NCBI RefSeq assembly: GCF_036365525.1
Contig: NC_090389.1
Coordinates: 8,432,001 to 8,496,000 of the forward strand
DNA length: 64,000 nucleotides
Direction of reading: 5' to 3'
DNA from: Heterodontus francisci
Taxonomy: Eukaryota
Below are positions 20,994-32,559 of this stretch, in pieces. Both the position numbers and the translations under genes were made by a program. The notes under the pieces were generated by a model. The model did no database searches. It had not been told where the DNA came from and saw only the letters and a program-made list of their open reading frames with translations. Position 1 is the stretch's first letter; each line of letters begins with the position of its first letter.

Positions 20994-23900
20994 ATCATCA
21001 CCAACATAGCACTGTATAATCTCCAACATAGCACTGTATAATCATCAACACATGCACCATATAATCACCAACAGATACACCATATAGTCACCAACAGATC
21101 TTCATGTAGACACCAACATCATCATGTAATCACAAAGACATTATCGCATAATCGGCAACACATCACCATGTTATCACCCACACATCACCATATCATCACC
21201 AACATATAACAATATCACTAACACAACAACCATATATTGACCAACACATCCGCCATTTAACCACTAACATACCTTCCAAAATAATTACCAAAGCATCACC
21301 AAATAATAAGCAACATGCCCACCATATAATCACCAAGACATCACCATATATTCACCAACACATCACCACATATTCACCAACACATCACCATATATTCACC
21401 AACACATCATATTTTACTAATACAACTGCCATAAAATCACCAAAACATCACAACACAATCACCTACACATCATCATAACATGACTAACATATCACCATAT
21501 AATCACCAACACTGGACCATATATTCACAAACACAGCACCATATCATCACCAATATATCACCATATCATTACCAATATATCACCATATCATTACCAATGT
21601 ATAACCAAATCACCAACACACCAACCATATAATCACCAACACACCCACCATATAATGACCAACAAATCACCAAATAATTACCAACACATCACCATACAAC
21701 CCCAAAACATCATCACATAATCACCAAAACATCACCATATAATTAACAATACATCACCAAATAATCCCCAACATATCACCATATAATTACCAACTCACCC
21801 ACCATATCATCATCAACACATCACCATATAAGCAACATATTGCTGAATAATCACCAACAGATCACCATAATCACTAACACATCACCATATAATCACCAAC
21901 ACACCATCAAATAATCACCAACACATCGCACCATATAATCACCAACTGATCACTATATAATCACCAAAACAACACAGTATAATCACCAACACACCTACAC
22001 ATCATCCACACATCACCATTTCATTGCCAACCTTTCACCATATCATCACCTATACATCACGATATAATCATTAACAGATTACCAAATAAACAGTAACACA
22101 CCTAACATATAAGCACCAATATATCACCATATAATCAACAACAGATCACCATATTATCACCAACATATCACAATATCACCAAAACACCAAGATCACCAAC
22201 ACATCCACCATTTAACCATCAACATACCCGCCATATAATCACCAATAAAACCACCATAAAATCACCAAAACATCATCATAACAATCAAAAACACACCCAC
22301 CAACACATCAGCATAATCACCAACATATCACCATATCATGAAGACATCAGCAACACATGCAGAATACAATCAACATATTACCATATAATCATCAACAGAT
22401 CACCAAATAATTAGCAACACTCCCACCATATAATCACCAACACATCACTATTTCCTGACTAACACATAACATCTATTCATCTACACATACCATATAATCA
22501 TCAACGTACGCATCCATCTAATCACCATCTATTATCATATTATCACCAACAATCATTATATAATCACAAAAACATCACCATAAAATCTACTCTAGCAATT
22601 TTATGAACCTCAAGACCGCCAGCATATGCATTACCCTCTCGATAGATCACTGAAGCAGATCAGCAAAGAATAGTAGGCTGATCTTACTGGAGGTAAATGT
22701 TGATCTGAAGCTATATCAATAAATATAAGGGAATTTGTCTGTAATTTGAAAGATGCTATTCTAGTTGCATAAATTAGTGATGAGGCCTCATTTATAATAC
22801 TTGCAAGCAATACTGGACACCTAAACCACCCAGACCAAGATCTGTTTGATGTGAAAGCAGTGGAAGGAATGGGTTGCCTCATGTTTTTTCAAAAAATATT
22901 TGTTCTAGGGCTGTGGGCGATGATTTTTTTGTCCATTCCGAGGTGCCCTCAGGGCATTAAGAGTCAATTGTATTGAGGGGCTCAAATCGCATGTCAGCTC
23001 GACCTGGTAGGCGTGACAGATTCCGTTCTTTAAAGAACATGAGCTTTTCAGGAGAGATGCAGCACCAGGGATTTTAGCTCTCCCACACTGGATCTTTGCA
23101 GGGTTTCTTCAAAGAGGTAGAGAAAGAGGTGAGCTGGGTGGTTTCTTTTTCCTAGGCAGGCAAAACACCAACTGTCTTCAAAACAGTTCACACCCCAACT
23201 GACTTGAAAATGATATCCAAAACACCAAAACAGAAAGTCAACCTCCTGACCTCCAGAAATCTTGACATGTGGCTTCTCTGTAAACATCTTCCCCAGGTCA
23301 CCAAGGTCTCTTTTGTTTATTAAGTTTAAAGCACATGACTTCCAGCAAGGTTGCTTTTAAACAACATCTCAGTGTCCTTTCAGTGAACTGCCAACAACAA
23401 AGCAAAGTCCAGCTTCTATGAAATCTTTACCCTTCTAATGAATCCATCTCCACAATTTAAAAAAATACTTAACAAAAATTATAGAAGCATCTTCATAACA
23501 ATATCAAACGTGAAGCTTCATCTGAGACTAGCATGAGACCTCGTTTCACTAAAAGCACCATTTCATTGAGGCCCATGTGTCGGCCAGCCTAGGCACCAAA
23601 AATGGGCGGCAGTACAGTCAAATTTGGTAGGTGTTGGAGGGACAGATGACCTTCCCTTGCATATGTTAACTGATGTACTGTTTTTACTCCACTATTCCAT
23701 ACTTGCCAACTAGCTTCCCATCTATTTCTGTATTTACATCGTTCCCTAATCTTCAATATACCATAATGTCGTTACCTGACACTACATGGCATGGAACCCA
23801 AACAGGAATTCAGGGAAGACAAACAGGTGGAAGCTGAAGTTTGGTACCAGTACATTAGCAGCACATAGCTGCTGAGTTGTAGCATCAATGAAGATGCCTT

Positions 23901-25159
23901 ATGTTGTGCAGAATATGCCAGGTCTCCATGTGAGTGCAGTACACTCCAACGAAGCTCCAAATCCAACCTCGCCTTACCACTAGGTATAACCCCTCAATGA
24001 CTACATGATGCCACTGATTAACTAAGGAGTGCAACTTTTGTATAATAGGATCACATATTCTCATTTAAGATGGTCAAATGTGTCACAAAACGATCAGATT
24101 TAATGACAGCGCAATATGCTCATCCCAGTCTATATTGTAATTGCTTCAAAAAGGAGGGCCCAGTCTGTTGATGAATGTGGCCTGTTTAATATGTGCTGTG
24201 TGGATAAAATGCTAAGCTTCCAAATCATTTCAGAGAAGACTATACTACTATACTCAACTTGCTGTATAAAATATGTGCCTCTGTACAAGAATGTCTTATT
24301 TCCCCTTCTCTCGTAAAGGCCCTGATTCAGGTTGGGGAACATTTCCATAGACACCATGAGTTCTCCCATATGATGGTCAAGAAGCCATTATTTATGTGTG
24401 ACCCTCAGTGTGAAGATAAGTTGGCTATTTGACTGTAAGGAAAACCACAACTGTGCCTGGTCCTTCCTTCACCCAAGGTGCACAACATGCCATTTTCTAA
24501 CAGGAGCATTGGGGACCAAAACCTGAGTTGACGACTCCTCTCTAGCCCAGTGATGGTAATGTCAGTTGTTGTGCCCTGTTGCCACTCAGGCTGAGACCAG
24601 CTTGCAGGCAGGCACAGCCTATCCTAAGCATGTCAACCGTATGTTATTGGAAAGCAAATAGCATACTGGAACGGAGAGTGTGGAATGACTGACAGCACTT
24701 GTTTTTGAATTCAGAAAATTGGGTAAAGCCCATGCTGCAATAAAGTTACATCTCAGTTGTAATGCAGAGCAAATGAGCAGAATCCAGTTATAATTGGACT
24801 AAGATATAATGGCAGACCCGACAGACGGGGAAGAGTGATGTACCAAATATTCTATGCAGTTAGAATATCAATAATACACAGCACTGTGATTTCAGGAGTT
24901 ATTAGACAGTACAGAACCCAACAGGTGCCTTTCCATGATGATTTCCTGGTAAAGGTAGCACGCACATCACCACCCATATCAGCATGCCCCATTCCAATGC
25001 ACAGTTTGCACTGACTTACCTGATTTCAATTGGGGTGGCAAGAGGAGAGCTAAAATTGAACTCTGAACCCAAGTGATAGGGAGCAGAATATCCCAGCATT
25101 TACAGCACAGAAGGATCCCATTCGGTCTGTGCTCACCCTTCAGCTGGAGCTCTCTAGTC

Positions 25160-25950
25160 TAATTGGGATATATTGAAATGAAGGAAATTAGGGAAGGGTA
25201 GGAAATTTAAGTAAAAATTGGTTAGATGGGAGGAAAGAGATGAGGAGCTGAAGATAGTTTCTTGGCAGTTGGAAGTGGGTAGTGGTACCACACAGGGATC
25301 AGCTCTTGGAGTTATTCTGTTCACTGTGCACAGCAACGATGTGGATACAGGATGAGAGGGAGGAGTGGTGTCAAATTTGCACGCGATATTAAAATAGGAA
25401 CGTAGTAAATAAGTCTGAGGGCCAAAGGAAGCCACAGGTAGACAATGATAAGACGGTGGACGGAGAAAAATAGTGGTAGATTGAATTTATAATCAGTAAA
25501 TGTGAGACCGTACATTTTGGTTAAAAAAAGTAATAATTATAGTTTAATAAGGAAAATGGTGAGTGATATGAAAGAGCAGAGGGCATTCAAGTTCACAAGG
25601 TTTAAAAGCAGCCCCTCAAATGGATAAGGTCATAAAATAAGGTTCTGGTATCATGGGTTTTATGGCAAGAGATATGAAATTTAAAAATCAAAATGTAATG
25701 GTAAATCTATAGAAAATTTTAGTAAGACCACAGTGGAAGTATGATAAGCAGCTTTGGGCTCCACATTATAGGAAGGATGTTGAAGTGCAGCACAGATTCC
25801 CTCAGATGCTGCCTGGTGTGAGGAAATACAAATACAAGAAAAGACTTCGAAAACTGGGACTGTTTGCATTGCAACAGAGGATGGTTTGATAGTGGGGTTT
25901 AAAATGAGAATGTGATCTGACAGAATAGATATAAATACACTGTTTTCAGT
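25160..25950 (+). mobile_element. Old CR1 RT fragment
   Basis: Degenerate NWLDGRK, GxPQGS, VSNF and LVRP.LEY-like codons. Confidence 0.65.
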
Positions 25951-27789
25951 TTATCTTTCTGATTCCAATAGTTTGCCCACTACTGAGGTTAGACTGACTG
26001 GCCTGTAATTATTCAGTCTATCCCTTGCTCCCTTTTTGAACAAAGGTACAACATTAGCAGACCTCCAATCCTCCAGCACTACACCTGTATCCAATGAGGA
26101 CTGGAAAATGATGGTCAGAGCATCCGCTATTTCCTCCTGACTTCTTTTAACAGCTTGAGGTACATTTCATCTGGCCCTGTGATTTATCCACTTTCAAGGA
26201 TGCTAATCCCATTAATACTTCCTCTCTCCCTATGTTTATCACATCCAATACTTAATACTACTCTTCCTTAACTACAATATCTGCACCATCCCCCTCTTTT
26301 GTGAAGACAGATGCAAAGTATTTATAAAGAACCATACCAGCACCTTCTGCCCCTACATATAGTTTACCTTTTTGGTCTTTTACAGGCCTGACTCCTTAGT
26401 TATCCTCTTACTCTTAATGCATTGATAAAACATCTTTGGGTTCACCTTGATTTTTCTTTCCAATATTCTTTCAAGGCCACTCTTACCTTTCCTAATTTCC
26501 TTTGTGATTTCACCCCTCCACTTTCTATGCTCCTCGGCTTTCTGTAGCATTGAGTTCTCAGTGTCAGACATAAGCTTTCCTCTGAAACAAAAACAAGAAA
26601 TGCTGGATTCACTCAGCAGGTCTGGCAGCATCTGTGGAAAGAGAAGCAGAGTTAACGTTTCGGGTCAGTGACCCTTCTTCGGAACTGACAAATATTAGAA
26701 AAGTCACAGATTATAAACAAGTGAGGTGGGGGTTGGGCAAGAGATAACAAAGGAGAAGGTGCAGATTGGACCAGGCCACATAGCTGACCAAAAGGTCACA
26801 GAGCAAAGGCAAACAATATGTTAATGGTGTTTTGAAAGACAAAGCATTAGTACAGATTAGGTGTGAATATACTGAATATAGAACATCAGCAAGTGCAAAC
26901 CTGAAGAAAAACAACCTGAAAAAAACAGTGGGTAAGCAAACTGAACAAACTAAGATGAAATGAAATAAATGCAAAAAATGTAAAAAGGAATGCAAAAAAA
27001 AAAGGAAGAAAAAATAACTAAAAATGAAAGTAAAGTGGGGGGCTGTCATGCTCTGAAATTATTGAACTCAATGTTCAGTCCGGCAGGCTGTAGTGTGCCT
27101 AATCGGTAGATGAGATGCTGTTCCTCGAGCTTGCGTTGATGTTCACTGGAACACTGCAGCAATCCCAGGACAGAGATGTGAGCATGAGAGCAGGGGGGAG
27201 TGTTGAAATGGCAAGCAACCGGAAGCTCAGGGTCCTGCTTGCGGACTGAGCGGAGATGTTCCGCAAAGCGGTCACCCAGTCTGCGCTTGGTCTCCCCAAT
27301 GTAGAGGAGACCACACTGTGAGCAGCGAATACAGTATACTACATTGAAAGAAGTACAAGTAAATCGCTGCTTCACCTGAAAGGAGTGTTTGGGGCCTGGG
27401 ATAGTGAGGAGAGAGGAGGTAAATGGGCAGGTATTACACCTCCTGCGATTGCAAGGGAAGGTGCCCTGGGACGGGGACGAGGTGGTGGGGGTAATGGAGG
27501 AGTGGACCAGGGTGTCGCGGACCCCTGTTTGTTCAGTTTGCTTACCCACTGTTTTTTTCAGGTATTAGTTTGTTCAGTTTGCTTACCCACTGTTTTTTTC
27601 AGGTATTAGTTTGTTCAGTTTGCTTACCCACTGTTTTTTTCAGGTAGCGACACCCTGGTCCACTCCTCCATTACCACCACCACCTCGTCCCCGTCCCAGG
27701 GCACCTTCCCTTGCAATCGCAGGAGGTGTAATACCTGCCCATTTACCTCCTCTCTCCTCACTATCCCAGGCCCCAAACACTCCTTTCAG

Positions 27790-28119
27790 GTGAAGCAGCG
27801 ATTTACTTGTACTTCTTTCAATGTAGTATACTGTATTCGCTGCTCACAGTGTGGTCTCCTCTACATTGGGGAGACCAAGCGCAGACTGGGTGACCGCTTT
27901 GCGGAACATCTCCGCTCAGTCCGCAAGCAGGACCCTGAGCTTCCGGTTGCTTGCCATTTCAACACTCCCCCCTGCTCTCATGCTCACATCTCTGTCCTGG
28001 GATTGCTGCAGTGTTCCAGTGAACATCAACGCAAGCTCGAGGAACAGCATCTCATCTACCGATTAGGCACACTACAGCCTGCCGGACTGAACATTGAGTT
28101 CAATAATTTCAGAGCATGA
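27790..28119 (+). CDS. Penelope GIY-YIG endonuclease C-terminal fragment (mirror copy at 27046-27375 on -)
   Basis: 109-aa ORF with VYCIRC...YIGET.RRL..RF.EH...E..LI..L.TL.P.GLN. 5'-truncated. Confidence 0.75.
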   Translation: MKQRFTCTSFNVVYCIRCSQCGLLYIGETKRRLGDRFAEHLRSVRKQDPELPVACHFNTPPCSHAHISVLGLLQCSSEHQRKLEEQHLIYRLGTLQPAGLNIEFNNFRA

Positions 28120-28477
28120 CAGCCCCCCACTTTACTTTCATTTTTAGTTATTTTTTCTTCCTTTTTTTTTTGCATTCCTTTTTACATTTTTTGCATTTAT
28201 TTCATTTCATCTTAGTTTGTTCAGTTTGCTTACCCACTGTTTTTTTCAGGTTGTTTTTCTTCAGGTTTGCACTTGCTGATGTTCTATATTCAGTATATTC
28301 ACACCTAATCTGTACTAATGCTTTGTCTTTCAAAACACCATTAACATATTGTTTGCCTTTGCTCTGTGACCTTTTGGTCAGCTATGTGGCCTGGTCCAAT
28401 CTGCACCTTCTCCTTTGTTATCTCTTGCCCAACCCCCACCTCACTTGTTTATAATCTGTGACTTTTCTAATATTTGT

Positions 28478-28516
28478 CAGTTCCGAAGAAGGGTCACTGA
28501 CCCGAAACGTTAACTC
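28478..28516 (+). ncRNA. Minimal type I hammerhead ribozyme motif in the Penelope pLTR (mirror copy at 26649-26687 on -)
   Basis: agtt-CCGAAGA-a-gggtc(act)gaccc-GAAA-cgtt-aact: helix I agtt/aact, 5-bp helix II, palindromic minimal helix III. The core has C in place of U4. Confidence 0.6.
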
Positions 28517-31380
28517 TGCTTCTCTTTCCACAGATGCTGCCAGACCTGCTGAGTGAATCCAGCATTTCTTGTTTTTGTTTCAGATTTCCAGCATCCGCAG
28601 TATTTTGCTTTTATATAAGCTTTCCTCTTCTGCCTTATCTTGGCCTGTAGGCTCCTTGACATCCATGGGGCTCTAGATTTGGCCGTCCCACCCTTTCTCT
28701 TTGTGGGAACATGTTTACTCTGAATCCCTTGAATGTTCCCTTTAAATGCCTCCCACTGCTCTGACACTGATTTACCTTTAGCTGTTCCAGTTCACTTTCG
28801 CTAAATCACTCCTCGGCTTAGTAAAATTGGCCTTGCCCCAATTGAGAACTCTGACTCCTGTTCTATCTTTGTCCTTTTCTATAATTATGTTAAGGCTGAG
28901 TGAATTATGATCACTACCACCAAAATGCTCTCCCACTGCCACTCCTTCCACCTGACTAGCTTCAGTTCCGAAAACTAAGTCCAAAACTGTGCCCTCTCTC
29001 TTGTTGGATTAGCTATATACTGGACAAAAAAGTTCTCCTGAATGCACCTCAAGAATTCTGTTTCCTCCACTCCATTCACACTAAAACAATCCCAGTTAAT
29101 ATTGGGGTAGTTAAAATCCCCTACTATTACTGCCTCATTGTTTTTACACTTCTCAGAGATTGCCTAAATATTTGCTCTTCTATCGCCCTCTGGTTGTTTG
29201 GGGGTCCGTAGTACACTCCCAGCAGTGTGACTGCCCCTTTTCTGTCCCTTAGCTCAATCCATATGTCCTCATTTGATGATCCTTATAGCATCTCATCCCT
29301 CCTCACAGCTGTAAATTGTTTCTTTGATCAAATTCCCACTCCCCTCCTTTTTTATCCCCCTCCCATCGCGTCTGAAAACCCTGTAACCAGGAATGTTGAG
29401 CTTCCATTCCTGTCCCTCCTTATGCCATGTTTCTATAATAGCTATGATATCATACTGCCACGTGTCTATCTGTGCCCTCAGCTCATCTGCTTTATTTGCT
29501 ATACTCCTTGCATTGAAGTACTTGAGTACTGCCAAACTCTATTTCTTATTTTCTAACCTTTGTTTCTTCTGCTTCCAAACTTAGCCACTAATTTTCTGAC
29601 TTCTGATTTCCTTTCTGATTTTGTCCCAACTGAATCTACCCTCAGGTCCCCATCCCCCTGCCAAACTAGTTTAAACCCTCCCCAGATGCACAAGCAAAAT
29701 GTCCTACAAAGAACTCAGTCCCGGCTCTGTTCAGGTGCAACCCTTCGGGCCTGTACAGGTCTCATCTCGCCCAGAGCCGGTCCCAATGTCCCAAGAATCT
29801 AAAGCCCTCCCTCCTGCACCAACTTTCCAGCCACGCATTCATCTATCTTTTCCTCCAATTCCTGTACTCACTTGCGCATGACACTGTGAGTAATTTGGAG
29901 ATTACTACTTTTGAGGTCCTGCTTGTTAATTTTCTACCTAGCTCCCTAAATTCTGACTACAGGAGCATATCCCTCTTTCTACCTATGTTGTTGGTTCCAA
30001 TGTGGACCACGACTGCTGGCTATTCACCCTTGCGCCCTCAGGATGCTCTGCAGCTGTTCAGTGACATCCTTGACCCCGGCACCAGGAAAGCAACACATCA
30101 TCCTGGATTCACGTTTGCAGAAATAGAAATGCCTACCTGCTCCCCTAACTATTGAATCACCTATCACTATGGTGCTTCCAGTCTTCCTTGTACCCACGCC
30201 CCCCCCCAACAACTAACTTAAAGACCACCATTAATTAAATAGTACTTTGTAAGTAGCTAATGTTCCAAATTACATTAGAACACTTGAAAACCTCACACCA
30301 CATTTCTACATTCCACAGCCCCTCCTGAAGCAAAAGCTTTGCAGAGTTGGAGAGTGAGACGCATTCAGGGGGCTCCTGACCTCCCTGCCTGTTCCTTTTT
30401 GACTGCCTGGTGGTCACCGATTCCTTCTCTCCCTGCATACTCTTGAGCTACGGGGTGACTCTATCTATAAACGTGTTATCCACGTAGCTCTCAGCCTCAC
30501 GGATGCATCGCAGTGACGCCAGCAGCTGCTCAAATTCTGAAACCCAGAGCTCGGGCTGCTGCAACTGACAACACTTCCTGCACATATGGTTATCCAGGAC
30601 CCGAGAAATGTCCTGGAATTCCCACATAGCACAGGATGTGCACTCCAGAGGTTGTAGCAGCCCTGCCATTCCTCTATCTATTAAATTATAAACCTTGCTA
30701 CCACTAATAAACATTGCTAATCCCTTTACATACAACTATTGTTCAACCACAATTCATGAAACAAGTGAAAGGGCAAGTTACCACTTGGAACACAATAATG
30801 GGCAAGATGTGGATGTGGTGCTAATCATTACATTTTATGTGGCATTACAGAAAAAAGTAAAGTTAACAACACAGCTGCTCAGATTCCTGCCATGACTGAT
30901 GAGATGTTTTTGGCTTATAACCTCTGGGATTTGAAGCTCAAGGGCCCTGCCAAAGACTGCTCCACCTGCACCTGTGTTTAGGCAGACTTGGCCATTGGGA
31001 GACGAGGCAGCATGCTGGGTTCTGGCTGAGCCGGGGCAATGGGTGAGAAATGGGAGCACTTTGACTGGAGCTCCCACTTCCACGGTCCCTTTCACCATCA
31101 TCCCTCTCCTGGGCCAGCGCCAGATCAGTCCTAACATTCTGCTGCAGACCAGCTTCATGGAAATCAGTGATGAATTGTAAAGCCATGGATAAGATATCTG
31201 TCATCTGCTTAAGATGGCAGATGTGGTGGTACCCAAAGTCTACACACCCTGCATAAACTCATTTGAGAGCAGTGATGGAAGCTCCATGGAGGCGGTCACT
31301 CTCTCCATGGTAGATGTTCGCTCAATTCCCAGTGTCATCAATACGATTGAGTCGAACTTCTGCATCATCTCTACTATTGC

Positions 31381-32170
31381 ATAGAATACACAGCACAGAA
31401 ACAGGCCTTTCGGCCCAACTAGTCCATGCCAGCATTTATGCTTTCAAGCCTCCTCCTGTCCTTCCTCAGTTAAAGCAATCATTGTAACCCTCTTATTCCC
31501 TTCTCCCTCATCGGCTTGTCTAGCTTCCTCTTTAAATCCATCTATACTATTCACTTCAACCACTCTGTGATAGTGACTTCCATATTCTCACCACTCTTTG
31601 GGTAAAGAAGTTTCTTCTGAATTGCTTATTGGATTTCTTGGTGACTATCTTATATTGATTTTTTTTATTCTTTCATGTGATGTGGGCATTGCTGGTAAGG
31701 CCAGCATTTGTTGCCCATCCCTAATTGCACTTGATGACTGAGTGGCTTGCTAGGCCATTTCAGATGGCAATTAAAAGTCACCCACATTGTTGTGGGTCTG
31801 GAGTCACATGTAGGCCAGACCAGGTAAGGACGGCAGATTTCCTTCCCTAAAGGACATTTGTGAACCAGATGGGTTTTTACGACAATCGATCGTACCTTCC
31901 TGGCACCATTACTGAGACTAGCTTTCAATTCCAGATTTTTATTAATTAATTGAATTTAAATTCCACCAGCTGCCATGGTTGGATTTAAACCGGTGTCCCC
32001 AGGGTATTAGCCTGATGACCTCTCGTTGTGCTCTTCCCCACAAGTGGAAACCTTTTCTCTGTATCCACTCTATAAAAACCTTTCATAATTTTAAAGACTT
32101 CTATTAGATCACCCCCTCAGCCTTCTTTTTTTCAAGAGAAAAGAGATTCTGCCTGTTCATCCTTTCCTTA
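31381..32170 (-). mobile_element. CR1 3' fragment carrying a SINE insertion
   Basis: Tail acagcacagaaacaggcc and RKKLLYPKSG/RVV..W-type region. Resumes at about 32015. Confidence 0.75.
31660..32012 (-). mobile_element. tRNA-derived SINE (LINE-B partner), 5'-truncated
   Basis: Core gggaaggaaatctgccgtccttacctgg and LINE-B-like tail gggatgggcaacaaatgctggcc...aagaataaaa. Confidence 0.85.
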
Positions 32171-32174
32171 TATG

Positions 32175-32558
32175 TAGTGCCCTACCAAATTCACGGCCGT
32201 GAAAAATGCGTCACGGACTATGAAATCTTGGGAGCTCCGTGAAATCGGCCATTTTGTGAACATCGATGTTTTACTGATTGACACTAGGCTCAAGTCGTTG
32301 ATTTGGTAGATGAGGGAGAGTTTCCAGTGCAGTTTTGAGAGTAGCAGTCTCAAGTGTTAGCAGACCAGTGAGAATGGCAGAATGAGCAAATCAGAAACAG
32401 CCACCACCATTACTGCAGTACATCGAGTGAAAGAATTTGAAAGCCAAATTCTACATGCTGATGGTAGCATACTGTTTTGTATAAGCTGCAATGTTTCACT
32501 GGCTCACACACAACGGGCAACGTTTCTGCGTCACGTAGAGTCTAAAAGCCATCGCAGC
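32175..32558 (+). mobile_element. hAT transposon 5' end with a CGGBP1-like zinc-finger N-terminus
   Basis: Terminal tagtgccctaccaaattcacgg with repeated cacgg/ccgtg subterminal motifs. ORF RVKEF...LHADGSILFCISCNVSL...RHVESKSH. Confidence 0.7.
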
Positions 32559-32559
32559 C

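Larger units (their letters stand above)
15545..22590 (+). repeat. Degenerate ~22 bp C/A-rich minisatellite (aatcaccaacacatcaccatat)n, fragmented by pogo and CR1 insertions
   Basis: Units are visible at 15545-15660, about 16125-16145, 17620-17830 and 20995-22590. Confidence 0.9.
26581..28614. mobile_element. Penelope-like element inserted as an inverted pair (arms 26581-27518 on -, 27647-28584 on +), with a 14-bp TSD
   Basis: GIY-YIG ORF VVYCIRCSQCGLLYIGETKRRL in both arms. TSD ataagctttcctct at 26570-26583 and 28615-28628. Confidence 0.95.
25951..30690 (-). mobile_element. CR1 LINE (ORF1 zinc finger/esterase, EN, start of RT), decayed; interrupted by the Penelope palindrome
   Basis: CTSCAMWE...CRKC (ORF1), VIGDSIVRG, YFNARSIANK...IIETW, GSDHN, NYRPVSLTS. 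Confidence 0.9.

Noticed and set aside
23772-24369. Two minus-strand ORFs (64 and 79 aa)
   Set aside because: No motifs were recognised, and the phase is incompatible with neighbouring candidates.
25080-25950. Twin-priming-like inversion within the CR1 at 25951-30690
   Set aside because: The plus-strand piece looks much more decayed and is not contiguous in RT coordinates, so it is more likely a separate older copy.
27046-27549. 167-aa ORF as a complete GIY-YIG gene
   Set aside because: Its start lies in the junction spacer; it is a 5'-truncated Penelope ORF lacking RT.
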